From the human T2T-CHM13v2.0 reference genome, Homo sapiens, in the NCBI RefSeq assembly GCF_009914755.1, contig NC_060942.1: a DNA stretch of 64,000 nucleotides. The stretch is one strand, 5' to 3'. Shown here one piece after another: positions 17,737-31,246 of this stretch. Within the stretch, counting starts at the first letter, position 1. Each line of letters opens with the position of its first letter. The position numbers were made by a program, and so were the translations under genes. The notes below the pieces were generated by a model. The model did no database searches, was not told the DNA's origin, and worked only from the letters and a program-made list of their open reading frames with translations.

Positions 17737-18686
17737 TCACAGGCAATGTTGATGATAAAATCCTGATTCAGGAATGTATTCTCCCATGTGCCTGAATTCC
17801 TAGGAGTCCTGGCAAACTGTAGACACAGGAAAAGCTGGGGGTAACTGGGCCTTACCAGGTAAGGCTTCAAGGCCTTGTGATACACCTTGGTTTCCAGAGT
17901 TTCCCCGGTGGGGAGAGTATAAAAGTCAGCTTAAATGTAGGCCATGTCATGATTGATTGAACTTGATTTTCTACTTTTTAGAAACAAAAATCTTTTGTTT
18001 TGAATATTAACTGAGAAAAAGAAGAGGTATATTGTCTGCTTACTTCTGCTTGGTGCTTATTTTAATTGTAACTCAGTCAGTCTGTAAAATTAGGGTTACA
18101 GTATTTTCAGGAGTTCTATAATAGCTTATTCAATAATATAAGAAAGCCAAGTAGCATTGTGACTGAACATGAGGAAAATACTGTGCATAATTTTATAAAT
18201 ATAAACCATTTACAAAATTTAAAAATATCAATTACATTTTCCTTTTAATTTTTAAAACTAATAAACTGGGGAAATGTTACTGCTCTTCAACTTTATTTAA
18301 AAAAGAACTTAATTGTGGAATGTTATTGAGTATGTTTAATATGTTAGCTTGAGATTTTAGTTAACAGTTTGGTGATTTTAGTATAATCAAAAAGATAATA
18401 AAACAAAAGATTTGTTTTAAATGCTAAACAAGACCTAGCGGTCTTCTTTTTTTTTTTTGACTTAAATTGCCTAATGATGGTAAACCTAAGTCATCAGTTT
18501 AATATCTAATTTTTTAAAAGATTATTTATTGAAACAGTATTGGATGAAATAGAATCTGAAAATGTGTGGGGGTTTTGAGATGCCTTTTTGCCATTTCATT
18601 AAGAAATTTAACAGAAATAAGCTTTTTGTGTGGCAAAACTTATTCAAATTGGGCCTCAATTCTTTGAATCATGATTTTTTTAGGTG

Positions 18687-18893
18687 TAAAACTTGGTTTC
18701 ATTTCTAAAGGGTTATTTTAGAGATTTACAAACGAAAATGAACTGCCTGGAATAAAAAACTTGGTTTCATTTCTAAAGGCTTATTTTAGAGATTTACAAA
18801 AGAAAATGAACTGCCTGGAATAAAAAACTTGGTTTCATTTCTAAAGGCTTATTTTAGAGATTTACAAAAGAAAATGAACTGCCTGGAATAAAA
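18687..18893. repeat. Tandem repeat, 68-bp unit x3
   Basis: acttggtttc recurs at 18691, 18759 and 18827; copies 2 and 3 identical, copy 1 differs at 2 positions. Confidence 0.95.
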
Positions 18894-19149
18894 GACTTAA
18901 TTTTGCTCATGTTGCCTTTCCAAGGAGGATTAATTGAAGTAACAGAATCCTGCCTTACGTATACCTCTTACATAGAAACCTCAGTGGCCCTCCAGTGTTT
19001 GCCCTTACCCTATCCCCTCAAATGCCACCCTGTACACGAGCCTTCCCACCTAATTTTCAGGGTTTCTCCCCTTCCTTCCACTCTTCCTTTAACTGCTGCC
19101 TGAAGTCATCTCCAGGCTCCCTCTTGTTGTCTACAGATACATGATTATA

Positions 19150-20190
19150 AACTTGGCAAATGCAGTGAGGAAAAAAACTACCTGAGAGTCTAACGGAGAG
19201 ACCTAATATAATTAAGATTTAAGGAAGGTGCCTGTAAAGAAGCGATGTTTGAGTCAGGATCTAAAGGATGGAAAAGTAGGTGGGCAGCTGAGGACTGGAG
19301 GGAAGAATGCTCCTGACAAGAGGACAGCATGTGTGAGGGCCCAGCAGTGGGAAAGCTAGGCTAGTCCAAGATGTTGAAAGAAGGCCCATCCTGATTTATA
19401 TCGGGGGCTGTCCCAAAATGAGGCAGCATTCCTTTACAGACGAATGTCTTCGAGACCATGTTCTGTATCCTAAGTGCACTGGAGCCCAGTGGAGGGTGTT
19501 AAGGGGGTAGTGACATGACTCAGGTCCGCATTTCTGAAAGCTTAATCTGGCTGCGATTGGAAAATTCATTGAGGGAGAGTAAGAATGGAAGCAGGGGACA
19601 AGCAAAGTGAGTTTATGGACTGGTGCCACTGAGTGGTGATGGTGACTGAAGCAGCAGGATGGTGCCAAATGCAGGAGGTAAGAAGTGGACCTATTTGAAA
19701 TTGATGTTTTCTAGGTAAAATAGAAAGGACTTAGTGATGTGTATTGAGCACAGTGGGTAAAAGAGAAGGGGAGATGGCATGGATCACTAGGTAGATTTAC
19801 TGAAATGGCAAAGATTGGCAGTAAAAGAGCAGTGATGTTCAGCCTTAGATGTGGGACGTTAGAGAGTGCCAGTGACACATGCAGGTGAAGATTTCTAATA
19901 AGCAGTAGAATCCATGAGTGATGAGAGACAGCTGAACTACCGATAGCTGGGGGGTGGAAGTGAGTAGGGCTCTGGACTGTACTCTACAGAACCTTGAAGT
20001 TTAGAAGTTGGGTAAAAAAAAACCTGTAAGTGAAAAGGAAAAAAAAAAAACCTGCAAAGAAGCAGTTCATGATGTAGGGGAAAAATTAATAGTGTATCTT
20101 GCCAGAGAAGTCGAGATGAAAGTGAATCTTTAAGAAGGAAGTTGGCAGCTGTTTGCAGTGCAGCTGTGAGAGATCAAGTAAAGTGAAATG
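19150..20190 (-). mobile_element. L2 fragments
   Basis: Purine-rich degenerate L2 motifs (ggaagaatgctcc...acagcatgtgtgagggccc). Confidence 0.65.
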
Positions 20191-20436
20191 GAATCAGTAG
20201 AAAAGAGTTTCCTACACTTTTTCCGCATCTCACAGCTCCGGAGACTCTCATTTACTTCCTGACCTTTATGTTATACTAATAGAGCCCTCTGAAACCCCTG
20301 AGATTTAGAATGCATGTTTCTTTTAGGTGTGATATGTTACTCTTGATTCATTTTGTATTACTGTATTGTGAATTTATCAAGGGAATGGTAGCTTTTTTAG
20401 TTAAGTCCAGAAGATGTCATTGCTGTACAAAAGTAA

Positions 20437-20619
<183 letters not shown>

Positions 20620-20841
20620 TAGAAAAGATGTACAAATTTCAGTCATGGTGAACTTGTTTGGCTGTTCTTGAGATCCTTGCAAGGCCATCTGAACATGAAA
20701 TAGTTATGTGTATTACGCTCTTCAGCACCTAGGACGGAGCTTGATACAGAAACTGCATGGTGAGTGCTCAGTAAATACTTGATGAAAGAATGAGTACTGG
20801 TGTTACCAAATTCTGTTTTCTAGGATAGTACTGCTTTAAAA

Positions 20842-21060
20842 TAGGATTTCTCAGCCTCAGGACTGTTGACATTTTGTTCTGGATAATGCCTTGCTGTGGG
20901 ATGCTGTGCATTGTAGGATATTCAGTAGCATTCCTGGCTTCTACGCACTAGATGCCTTCCAGTAACACTCTTGTCCCCAGTTACGATAACCAGAAAACTC
21001 TCTCCAGACATTGCCAAATGTCCCCTGGTGGACAAAATTGCCCCAAGTTGAGAACCAGTT
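20842..21060 (-). mobile_element. MER20 hAT MITE
   Basis: ctccagacattgccaaatgtcccctgg...gttgagaacca matches the MER20 reverse complement. Confidence 0.85.
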
Positions 21061-21481
21061 CTTTACAACAGTGCCTTTTGGTTACGACAGTAATTTAGAA
21101 CCTTCCTGGCCAGTGTCCAGACAAGCTCAAACCATACATAATTTTATTGCATGGTAATTCTTTAGCAGGGTTCCAGTCTTTTAGACTGTGTTGTTGCTGA
21201 GACCTCTCCTGTCCTAATGCAGCAGTGAAGGTATCTATATAAGCTTCAATTACACAGCCATTGATTGTTTTTCCTTTTTCTCCTTACCAGACAATGTTTG
21301 GTTGGACAGACCTAAAATATTCAGTGAGCATTTTTATTATTGATCAGTAGAATCATATTCATCAAATGGACATTAAACTTCCTTAGAGAGTTTATTCAGT
21401 TTAAGTACTTTAAGCATACTCTGACTTCTTTATCCTTATAATTACCTCCATGAAGTAGGCAGAATGGTAACTTTTCACTAA

Positions 21482-21792
21482 TTTTTTTCCTATTTTTTTT
21501 TTTTTTTGTTAATGACAGGATCTCGCTCTGTTGCCCAGGCTGGAGTGCAGTGATGTGATCACAGCTCACTGAGGCCTTCACCTTCTGGAAGGTGATCCTC
21601 CCACCTGAGCCTCCTGAGTAACTGACTACAAGCGTGTGTCACCACACCTGTCTCAGTTTTAAACTTTTTGTGCTGATGAAGTTTTGCTGTGTTGCCCAGG
21701 CTGGTCTCAAACTCCTGGCCTCATCAAGCAATCCTCCCGCCTTGGCCTCCCAAAGTACTGGGATTACAGGTGTGAGCCACTGCACCTGGCCA
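21482..21792 (-). mobile_element. AluJ inserted in a MIR remnant (~21430-21860)
   Basis: Alu consensus; flanking ctgaggctcagagg...tgacttgctcaagg MIR core. Confidence 0.85.
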
Positions 21793-23067
21793 GTTTTCAC
21801 ATTTTTTTAGTGGGCAGCCTGAGGCTCAGAGGATAATGACTTGCTCAAGGCATACTAACCTTTAGATTTTCTTCAGTTTTTGTAGATGATACTCAAACAG
21901 AAGTCTCCTGTTGAAGTTGCACCTGCACCCAGCCACTCCCACAATGTTGAGTGGGAGGACTTTTTATAAATTCTAAATTGTCTTTTAAGAGACATAATCA
22001 GTAAAATTTCATATTCCTCATTAGTTATATTTCCTATACTTTAGATCTAAGAATGTTTTTATTGGCTTTATATTAGGAATGGATGCTTGTTTTGTTTGTC
22101 TTAAGGAAGAGGAGAAAACTAGCAAAACTATGTGTGGATAAGTCCCCCTGTCCCACATATACAGCATATCTTTAGCATATTGCCTTTATTTGATGGTGCT
22201 TTGCATGATAGTGGTCAATTATTTAGCCTTTCTCTTAGCATATGGGTAGTGAATTCACTTGTGTAATGTATGTCAAAATCTACTTAGGTATGGTAGGGTA
22301 TGGGATAACAAGAATTTTATGGCATGTTATTTCAGTGAATAATGCAGTCCATGATGGGAACTGCAGTATTGAAGCATTCCAAGTGCAGTGAGTATATAAA
22401 GGGCCTTTTGGGAAGGAAGAAGATTGGTAGAGGACAGGCAGAGAAACCAGAGTGCACAGGAGATGTTTGAGGAAGTAGTGCTAATGGCCTTCACAGTTCT
22501 TCAGCAGTCTTCCTTCTCTCCCAGTACTGCACTTGGGGATATGACCTGTTACCATGGCTGTCTGGGGACAGAAGCAGTAATAGCATGTAGTTTGAAAAAT
22601 CCTTTGGTTTTCCTACTTCTTGACCAAGTCACTCTGGTGGGCGTGTAAAGGACTTGGAGCAGGAAAGGACATGACCAGATAAGAGTTAGGACACTACTTG
22701 GGTGGCATAATGGGGGATGGTTTGGAGGGACTTTGAGACCAGACCAGAGGTGGAAAGAGCAGTCGGATGCCACTGCTTTCGACCAGGTCAGAGGTTTAAA
22801 TGGATCTGTTTCTTGATATTTGTCCCAAAAAGTCTTTTCCTGAAGCATCCAGCTTTTATCTGGGTTCAGCACTAGAACCAGTACAACTTTTCTGCTTTCC
22901 TGGAGCGTTGGAACAGAGAGAAGAAAGAATGAAAAGATGTAGGCCATGGAACTGTAGGTCCTGACACCTGTTTTCTTTTTTTCACCAGCAAACATATTCT
23001 AGGGACAGTTCTGGAAAAGTAACTCCTTTTAGAGGAGACACTAAGATATATATGTTTTAATAAGTTT

Positions 23068-23362
<295 letters not shown>

Positions 23363-23989
23363 TCAATTTTAAAAAATAACGATGTTTTACAGCTTTATAA
23401 TCATGTATTGGTTGGTCTTTCAAAATGATCAGTAGAGAAGAGAAACTGGGTGTCCAGTGATAAGCAGATAATCACATGGAGGATAAGTTGAAGAACAAGT
23501 TTACAACAAAATAGTTTGACAGGCATTCAAAAACGAAGTTCTGAAGCTTTGTGATATGGTAAAACTACAATATGTGGAATTAAAGTTCAAAAAAAACTGA
23601 TTGGTAATCTGTTCTTTCTTAGAGCCCTGTGTTGGGATGTGATACAAAGTAAAGTGGTTTATGCTAATGATACAGCAGTCTCAAATAGCTGAGTACTTCT
23701 AAAACAGCAAATAAATAGGTTAATTTCTAATGCCTAAACTTGCTGCAGGATGTTTATAAAGAAAAGAGACAAAGAAGATTGCAAAGCAGATATTCATAGA
23801 TCATTTTCTTAAAAGTTTATTAGGGAGTTGTACGTTTAAAGTGCCTCCTTTCTAGCTGGTTTGTTGCAATAAGACAAAGAATTATAAAGAATTATAAATG
23901 AATTATTAAAAACATAAACTTTGTAGAGTAGATGGTTCTATTAAATGTTTTATGTAATTTATTGTGTTTTGATTTGCATGTATCTGGTT

Positions 23990-24330
23990 TGTTTTTTGGT
24001 GAGGGAGTTGGGGAGAAAGAGTCTCGCTCTGTCATCCAAGCTGGAGTGCACTGACACCATCTTGGCATCTTGGCACACTGCAACCCCTTCCCCCCGACCC
24101 TTCTCCCCCAGCCTCACCTAAACCCGGCCTAAGTGATCCTTTCACCTCCCCCTTCTGAGTAGCTGGGACTACAGGCACGTGCCACCACACCTGGCTACTT
24201 TTTGTATTTTACGTAGAGACAGGATGTTGAAATGTTGCCCAGGCTAGTCTCGAACCCCTGAGCTCAAGTGATCTGCCTTCCTCGGCCTCCCAAAGTGCTG
24301 GGGTTACAGCATGAGCTACCGAGCCAGGCC
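23990..24330 (-). mobile_element. AluJ with a C-rich insertion
   Basis: Alu consensus interrupted at ~24083-24125. Confidence 0.85.
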
Positions 24331-24789
24331 TGATTTACATGTATTAAAAGGCAAAATGCAGATACTATAAAGGGATATCACTTAAAATGAATTAAAAATG
24401 GCACTTGAAGTAACTTGGATAAACATTTGGCCAGCATACCCTTAAAAACACAGCATGTTTTTCTGACCCTTTTCCAGAGTCTTAGGTAAATATGGGAAAT
24501 GTCTGTATTTTGGAGGCTGGATTATTAAACAGCGTTCTATGTTGTCTTGACTTTTTCATTTGTATTATTTGTAATTGCTATTTATGCTTTTCATGGCTAT
24601 TAAATTGCCATCATTTTAATATTTAGCTCTTTTTATGACATCTTTAAGCTTTGTATTTATATACAAAGCCTTTGGCTAACAGTAGAGAAGGTGCAAGTGT
24701 TTGCTGCTAAATGGTTCTTGGTGGTGATTAAATTATGTAGCTTCTTTCAGCTGTGAATATCCTAAGATTATGATAAAAGTTGACCATAA

Positions 24790-25082
24790 GGCTGGATGTG
24801 GTGGTTCACACCTGTGATCTCAGCGCTTTGGGAGGCTGAGGTAGGAGAATTCTTTGAGACCAGAAATTTAAGACCAGCCTGGGCAACATACTGAAACCTT
24901 GTCCCTACAAAAAAATTTTTAAAAATTAGCCAGCATAGTGGCTTGTGCGTGTAGTCCCAGCTACCCAGGAGGTTGAGGTGGAGGATCACTTGAGCTCGGG
25001 AGGCCAAGGTTGCGGTGAATGGAGATCCTGCCACTGCAATACAGCCTGGGAGACAGAGCAAGACTCTGTCTCAAAAAAAAAA
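24790..25082 (+). mobile_element. AluJ
   Basis: Alu consensus. Confidence 0.88.
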
Positions 25083-25092
25083 GATGCTAGTT

Positions 25093-26409
25093 TACATCTG
25101 ATCTTTGACAAACCTGACAAAAACAAGCAATGGAGAAAGGATTCCCTATTTAATAAATGGTGCTGGGAAAACTGGCTAGCCATATGTAGAAAGCTGAAAC
25201 TGGATCCCTTCCTTACACTTTATATAAAAATTAACTCAAGATGGATTAAAGACTTAAATGTGAGACATAAAACCATAAAAACCCTAGAAGAAAACCTAGG
25301 CAATACCATTCAGGACATAGGCATGGGCAAAGACTTCATGACTAAAACACCAAAAGCAATTGCAACAAAAGCCAAAACTGACAAATGGGATCTAATTAAA
25401 CTAAATTAGATGTACTTATGCACAGCAAAAGAAACTATCATCAGAGTGAACAGGCAACCTACAGAATGGGAGAAAATTTTTGCCGTCTACCCATCTGATA
25501 GAGGGCTAATATCCATAATCTACAAAGAACTTAAACAAGTTTACAAGAAAAAAACAACCCCATCAAAAAGTGGGCAAAGGATATGAACAGACACTTCTCA
25601 AAACACGACATTTATGCAGCCAACAGACACAGAGGAAATGCTCATCATCACTGGTCATCAGAGAAATGCAAATCAAAACCACAATGAGATACCATCTCAC
25701 GCCAGTTAGAATGGCGATCATTAAAAATTCAGGAAACAACAGATGCTGGAGAGGATGTGGAGAAATAGGAACGCTTTTACACTGTTGGTGGGACTGTAAA
25801 CTAGTTCAACCATTGTGGAAGACAATGTGGCGATTCCTCAAGGATCTAGAACTAGAAATACCATTTGACCCAGCAATCCCATTACTGGGTGTATACCCAA
25901 AGGATTATAAATCATGCTGCTACAAAGACACATGCACACGTATGTTTATTGCAGCACTGATTCACAGTAGCAGAGACATGAAACCAACCCAGATGTCCAT
26001 CAATGATAGACTAGATTAAGAAAATGTGGCACATATACACCATGGAATACTATGCAGCCATATAAAAGGATGAGTTCATGTCCTTTGTAGGGACGTGGAT
26101 GAAGCTGAAAACCATCATTCTAAGCAAACTAACACAAGGACAGAAAACCAACCACCACATGTTCTCACTCATAGGTGGGAGTTGAGCAATGAGAACACAT
26201 GGACACAGGAAGGGGAACATCACACACCGGGGGGCCTGTCATGGGGTGGGGGCCTGGGGGAGGTATAGCATTAGGAGAAATACCTAATGTAAATGATGAG
26301 TTGATGGGTGCAGCAAACCAACATGGCACATGTATACCTATGTAATAAACCTGAACGATTTGCACATGTACCCTGGAATAATATACCCTAGTATAATATT
26401 AAAAAAAAA
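25093..26409 (+). mobile_element. 5'-truncated L1PA (approx. PA4-PA7), sense to RNMT
   Basis: ORF2 C-terminus incl. [18 protein letters not shown] zinc knuckle, L1PA 3' UTR with G-tract, A tail. Confidence 0.92.
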
Positions 26410-26576
26410 TTGGTTTAAGAGAGGATTCTTCCTTTTTTTTAATTTTTTTCTGTATTTCAAAAGTATGTATAGTTTGTATTCCTGAAGTAGTACTTACGGA
26501 TTATTCTCCTAATTATGTTATTTCAGTGATTTAGCATGTTTAATTCTGAATTGTAAATTTCCGTTATTGTAACTAG

Positions 26577-26714
<138 letters not shown>

Positions 26715-27458
26715 TGAAAGTATTTTATAGAGAATGAAAAAAAGAACATGCTTATATGGAGACATAGGAAATGATTTCACTTGTTTACAATACTTAGGCT
26801 CACTGACTTACAAATCAGTTGTTTCCACTAAGTGATGTTGACTTGTTATAACCACAGAATATGGAATAAAATTTATTTCAATGGACTGAGAATGGAGTGC
26901 TATATCTAAGGCAATGAGGACAGTGAAAAAATTACAGGGTTGGTGTGCAAGTTCCCTGCTAATGTAGGCACCAATGAACCACAGCATTTCATACATAGAA
27001 TGCAGCAGTCCAGGAATTTAAATGGGAAAAAATTACATCTTCACCTATACTAATTTCTGCGTAAAAGTTTACATTTTAAGAATGATTACTACAATAGTAC
27101 CACAGTGGTATTAGCTGCTGCTGTGACTTTGTCATCAGTAGAAGTTACAGATATTTTCATAGCACATTTTTGCTAATATCTTAGAATATTGTTTTCATTT
27201 ATCACATCTGGAAAAATGACATCACTAGAACTGCCACTAGATCTTGTTATTATAGTTAATGGTGTGTGCAAAGCAACACATATCTTTAATATTTTGATAG
27301 CTACATAAATATAATTTATTTCCTTTGTGTGATATGTACTTTATTTTGTTATTCCTTTGAAAAAACACAAAAATTGTATTTTTTCCACCAGTGCTGTTTG
27401 ATATTTCAAGATAGGCCTTTTTTATTTTTTCATTTTCCAAATTAAGAATACAAGATAG

Positions 27459-28062
<604 letters not shown>

Positions 28063-28087
28063 AATACAAGATAGATGCATTTTCCAG

Positions 28088-28089
<2 letters not shown>

Positions 28090-28123
<34 letters not shown>
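28090..28123. repeat. (CA)n microsatellite
   Basis: About 17 uninterrupted AC units. Confidence 0.95.
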
Positions 28124-28126
<3 letters not shown>

Positions 28127-28386
28127 GCCCTCTTCACACACATTCACCCTTTGGATGAGAATTTGAGAATTTGGCAGGAGGATAAAAGTCTGAGAAGATG
28201 ACTTTCAAAGTGAATCTCACCGATTTCTTTTATATGCTCAGGTCACAATATGATTAACAGTGAATCGAATGTGTATTTACAGTGAAGTTAGGGTCTTTTG
28301 GCCATCTCTGCCCATTATTTAGAAATAAGCATATGTTTACTTCCATATTGAATCTAAAATTTTCTTTTTCTCTTTTGTAATTTTAG

Positions 28387-28420
28387 GGAACCTTAAGTAA
28401 ATCAGAATGGGAAGCTACAA
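28387..28420 (+). CDS. RNMT: RNMT exon 11 (34 nt)
   Basis: GTLSKSEWEAT; ttttag| and |gtgagt. Confidence 0.95.
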
Positions 28421-28497
28421 GTGAGTATATCATCAGCATAGATTAACTGATAATTTCAAAAGTCCTGTTTCAAAGTGATCATTAAAACCTGAAAAAA

Positions 28498-28784
28498 GGC
28501 TGGGCACTGTGGCTCACACCAGTACTCTCAGTATTTTGGGATGCCGAGACAGACAGATTCCTCGAGCCCAGGAGTTGAGACCGGTCTGGGCAACATGGCA
28601 AATGCTTGTCTCTACCAAAAATACAAAAAAATTAGCCAGTCATGGTGGCATGTGCCTGTAGTCCAGCTACTCAGGAGGCTGAGGTGGGAGGATTCCTTGA
28701 GCCTGAGAAGTCAAGGCTGCAGTGAGCTGTGATTACATCACTGCACTCCAGTCTGGGCAACACAGCGAGACTCTCAAAAAAAAA
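28498..28784 (+). mobile_element. AluJ
   Basis: Alu consensus, TSD aaaaYctgaaaa. Confidence 0.88.
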
Positions 28785-29589
28785 TCTGAAAACTTTGAGT
28801 TTTTCTGACATTTTAGGTTGTGTTTGTGTTTACACACACACACAAATACGTATATCTCTACATATGTCTAATCCTCCTTTCTTGCACAGCTGTGTAGTGC
28901 CAAGAGAAGATACACTGTACACAGGGTCTTCCTCAGCATAAACTTGAGTGAGCATGTGTAAACATTCTCATTGCCTATTTGTTACTAAGTAGCCATCTCC
29001 ATTTGAAGTGTTTACCTCAGATTTCTAGTGGAATTTTTGGCTTATAGAATACTTGCATGTCTTTTTTTTATTTGGCCACTCTGATGTGACAGTGAAGGCA
29101 TAATAATACTAGAACATTCAATGAAACATCCATGAGCAGGATGTGTTAGAGGTGTGCATGATAGGGGACAAATGTGGTGCAAAGATATTCTGAAGTGAGG
29201 TTCCTGTGTTCAGAAGAGAAGCCAGAAGCACAGCAAATCTGTGAAGGCCTGTGGTTCTTCAGCAGTGGGTGTTGAGGAAGTCAGGTTGCAGAGCCTCATT
29301 GTTACTGTAGGAATCCCCTTACATGGTTGTTGGTGATGTTGAGGCACAAGTGGTCATTAAGGACAATCCATTTGATAAACATTATTGATTTACGTGAAGT
29401 TCTGTGAAAGGTAAAGTAAAATAAAGATGTTAAATCTCTACCTTCTAGAAGTCTACACTGTAATGGAAGGAACAGGCACAAATAAACACTACTAGGCAAA
29501 TTTTTAAGTGCTAATGATACTGTAGTGGGGCACAAAGGTGAAAGAGAGCTTAATGAAAACTAAACTAATGACATCTGGGATGTAGTAAT

Positions 29590-29800
29590 ATTGATATTAC
29601 TGAGTGTTGAACATGTGCAGGTGCGTGTAACGTTTTTAATCCTTGTAATAACTCACATGTTGTAACTCATTTAATCCTCACAATGACTTTATGAGTAGAG
29701 TATTATATCTCCTTTCACAGATGAGAAGACTAACAACTTAGCTAAGATCACAGAGCTAACCTGTGGTTAGCTTACCTAAGTGATCTGTCATTTTAACTAT
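29590..29800 (-). mobile_element. MIR
   Basis: ctcatttaatcctcacaa...ttcacagatgagaagact core. Confidence 0.7.
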
Positions 29801-31246
29801 GGTTTCATGGAAGCCTGGCAAAAGGAAAATCTAGTAAGACTTCCTGAGTTGGATAGAGAAGAAGAGGAAAGGAGTCAAGCAAGACCAGTATTTTGAGGCT
29901 ATTTGTCTTTGAACATTGGTACTATTACTAGAAATCGGACTGGAGGATGTTATACACATACGATCATGCTTGACACACTGGTGAGCATGTGCATAAACTA
30001 TGGATTTTATTACTTTTTCCCTGCAGTGGAGACTGGTTGCCTGTCTTAGACATCCTGCTGGTCCCAAAGTAGAGTGTAAATTTTGATCACGAGTCATCAT
30101 GATGGCGGTACTGGCTGTGGCTTAGAACTGTATTTTTATATTATTAAGTGTGGACTTTAGTCATCATGTACAAATGAAAAATTAGATGGCCCCAGACAAT
30201 TGGAAGAGATGGGCTGGACATGCGAAGAGAGCAGTGGCCAAATTGCACCTCGGGTGTAGCACCCCAGGATTGTTTGGCTGTTTGATGAATTGCTCTGTTC
30301 TAAGCTAGAGGGCTTCGTGGGTTGAGCGTATTTTGCATGCCATCACGAGTCTAAAAGGCCCAGGCTACATTTTAGACTTCTACTGGTCTGATCATTAAGC
30401 TATCACCAGAGCTGCTGCTCCTCTAGAAGATGGCTTTAAATGAGAAAGGAGAGAATTGCTATTGATTTATTTCTGGAAGTGGAAGTGGTTCACGATTTGA
30501 TTTTTTTAAATCCCAATTGAAATGCCTGCATAGAAGGCATTTTATACAATAAGTGGGACTTTTTAGGAGTTTCAAGTTAGAAAGAAAGTTGCTATTATGT
30601 ATTGAAAATCAGACTCTAGCATGTTAGTGGTTTCAAATGACCCTAAATGAGGACAGGACAGGACTGAGGGGTTGTTTGCAATTGCTATGGGTGTGTGGGG
30701 GGTGGGATTTGGCAGGGCTGGGCTGCACAAAGGTCACACAGAGTGGGGGACAGCATGAGTGATACTGGCCAGCTGTGAGTGCTGACATGCTGTGCACGCT
30801 GATGTGTTGCAAGTGCTGGGGACTGCTTTGTCTCCTTACCTTCTGGCAAGAACCACAGAATTGATGAACACCCTGCCCGTTTTCTGTCCTATCGCTGTGC
30901 TACTAGCCACATTTCATTTCAACTAAAAGAAATTGGAAACCGGTAAATAAGGTGACCAAAGTAGTATTTTGGAAAAACTGCTATGGTATTCCTGTACAAG
31001 TTGGGTTGGAAGAGCAAGAAGCTGGAGTCTTGGGAGGCCATCAGGCAGTTAGCTGTGTTCATCTACCCTCCCTTCAAAAGAAGTCATCTCAAGGAGTGAG
31101 GCCTCCAGCTTAGATGGACTTGATCTTGACTCACTGTTGAGTATCCTAGCACATGCCCCAAACATCCTTGTGATGTTTGCAGGATTTGTCACCTTTGCAG
31201 GTATTTTCTTGCCCTAAAATCTATTGGTATTTTATTAGAAGATATA

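Noticed and set aside
18687-18893. CRISPR-like array interpretation of the repeat
   Set aside because: Units are contiguous with no unique spacers; mammalian intron
24945-26019. 154-aa and 149-aa ORFs as novel genes
   Set aside because: Alu plus L1 ORF2 remnants
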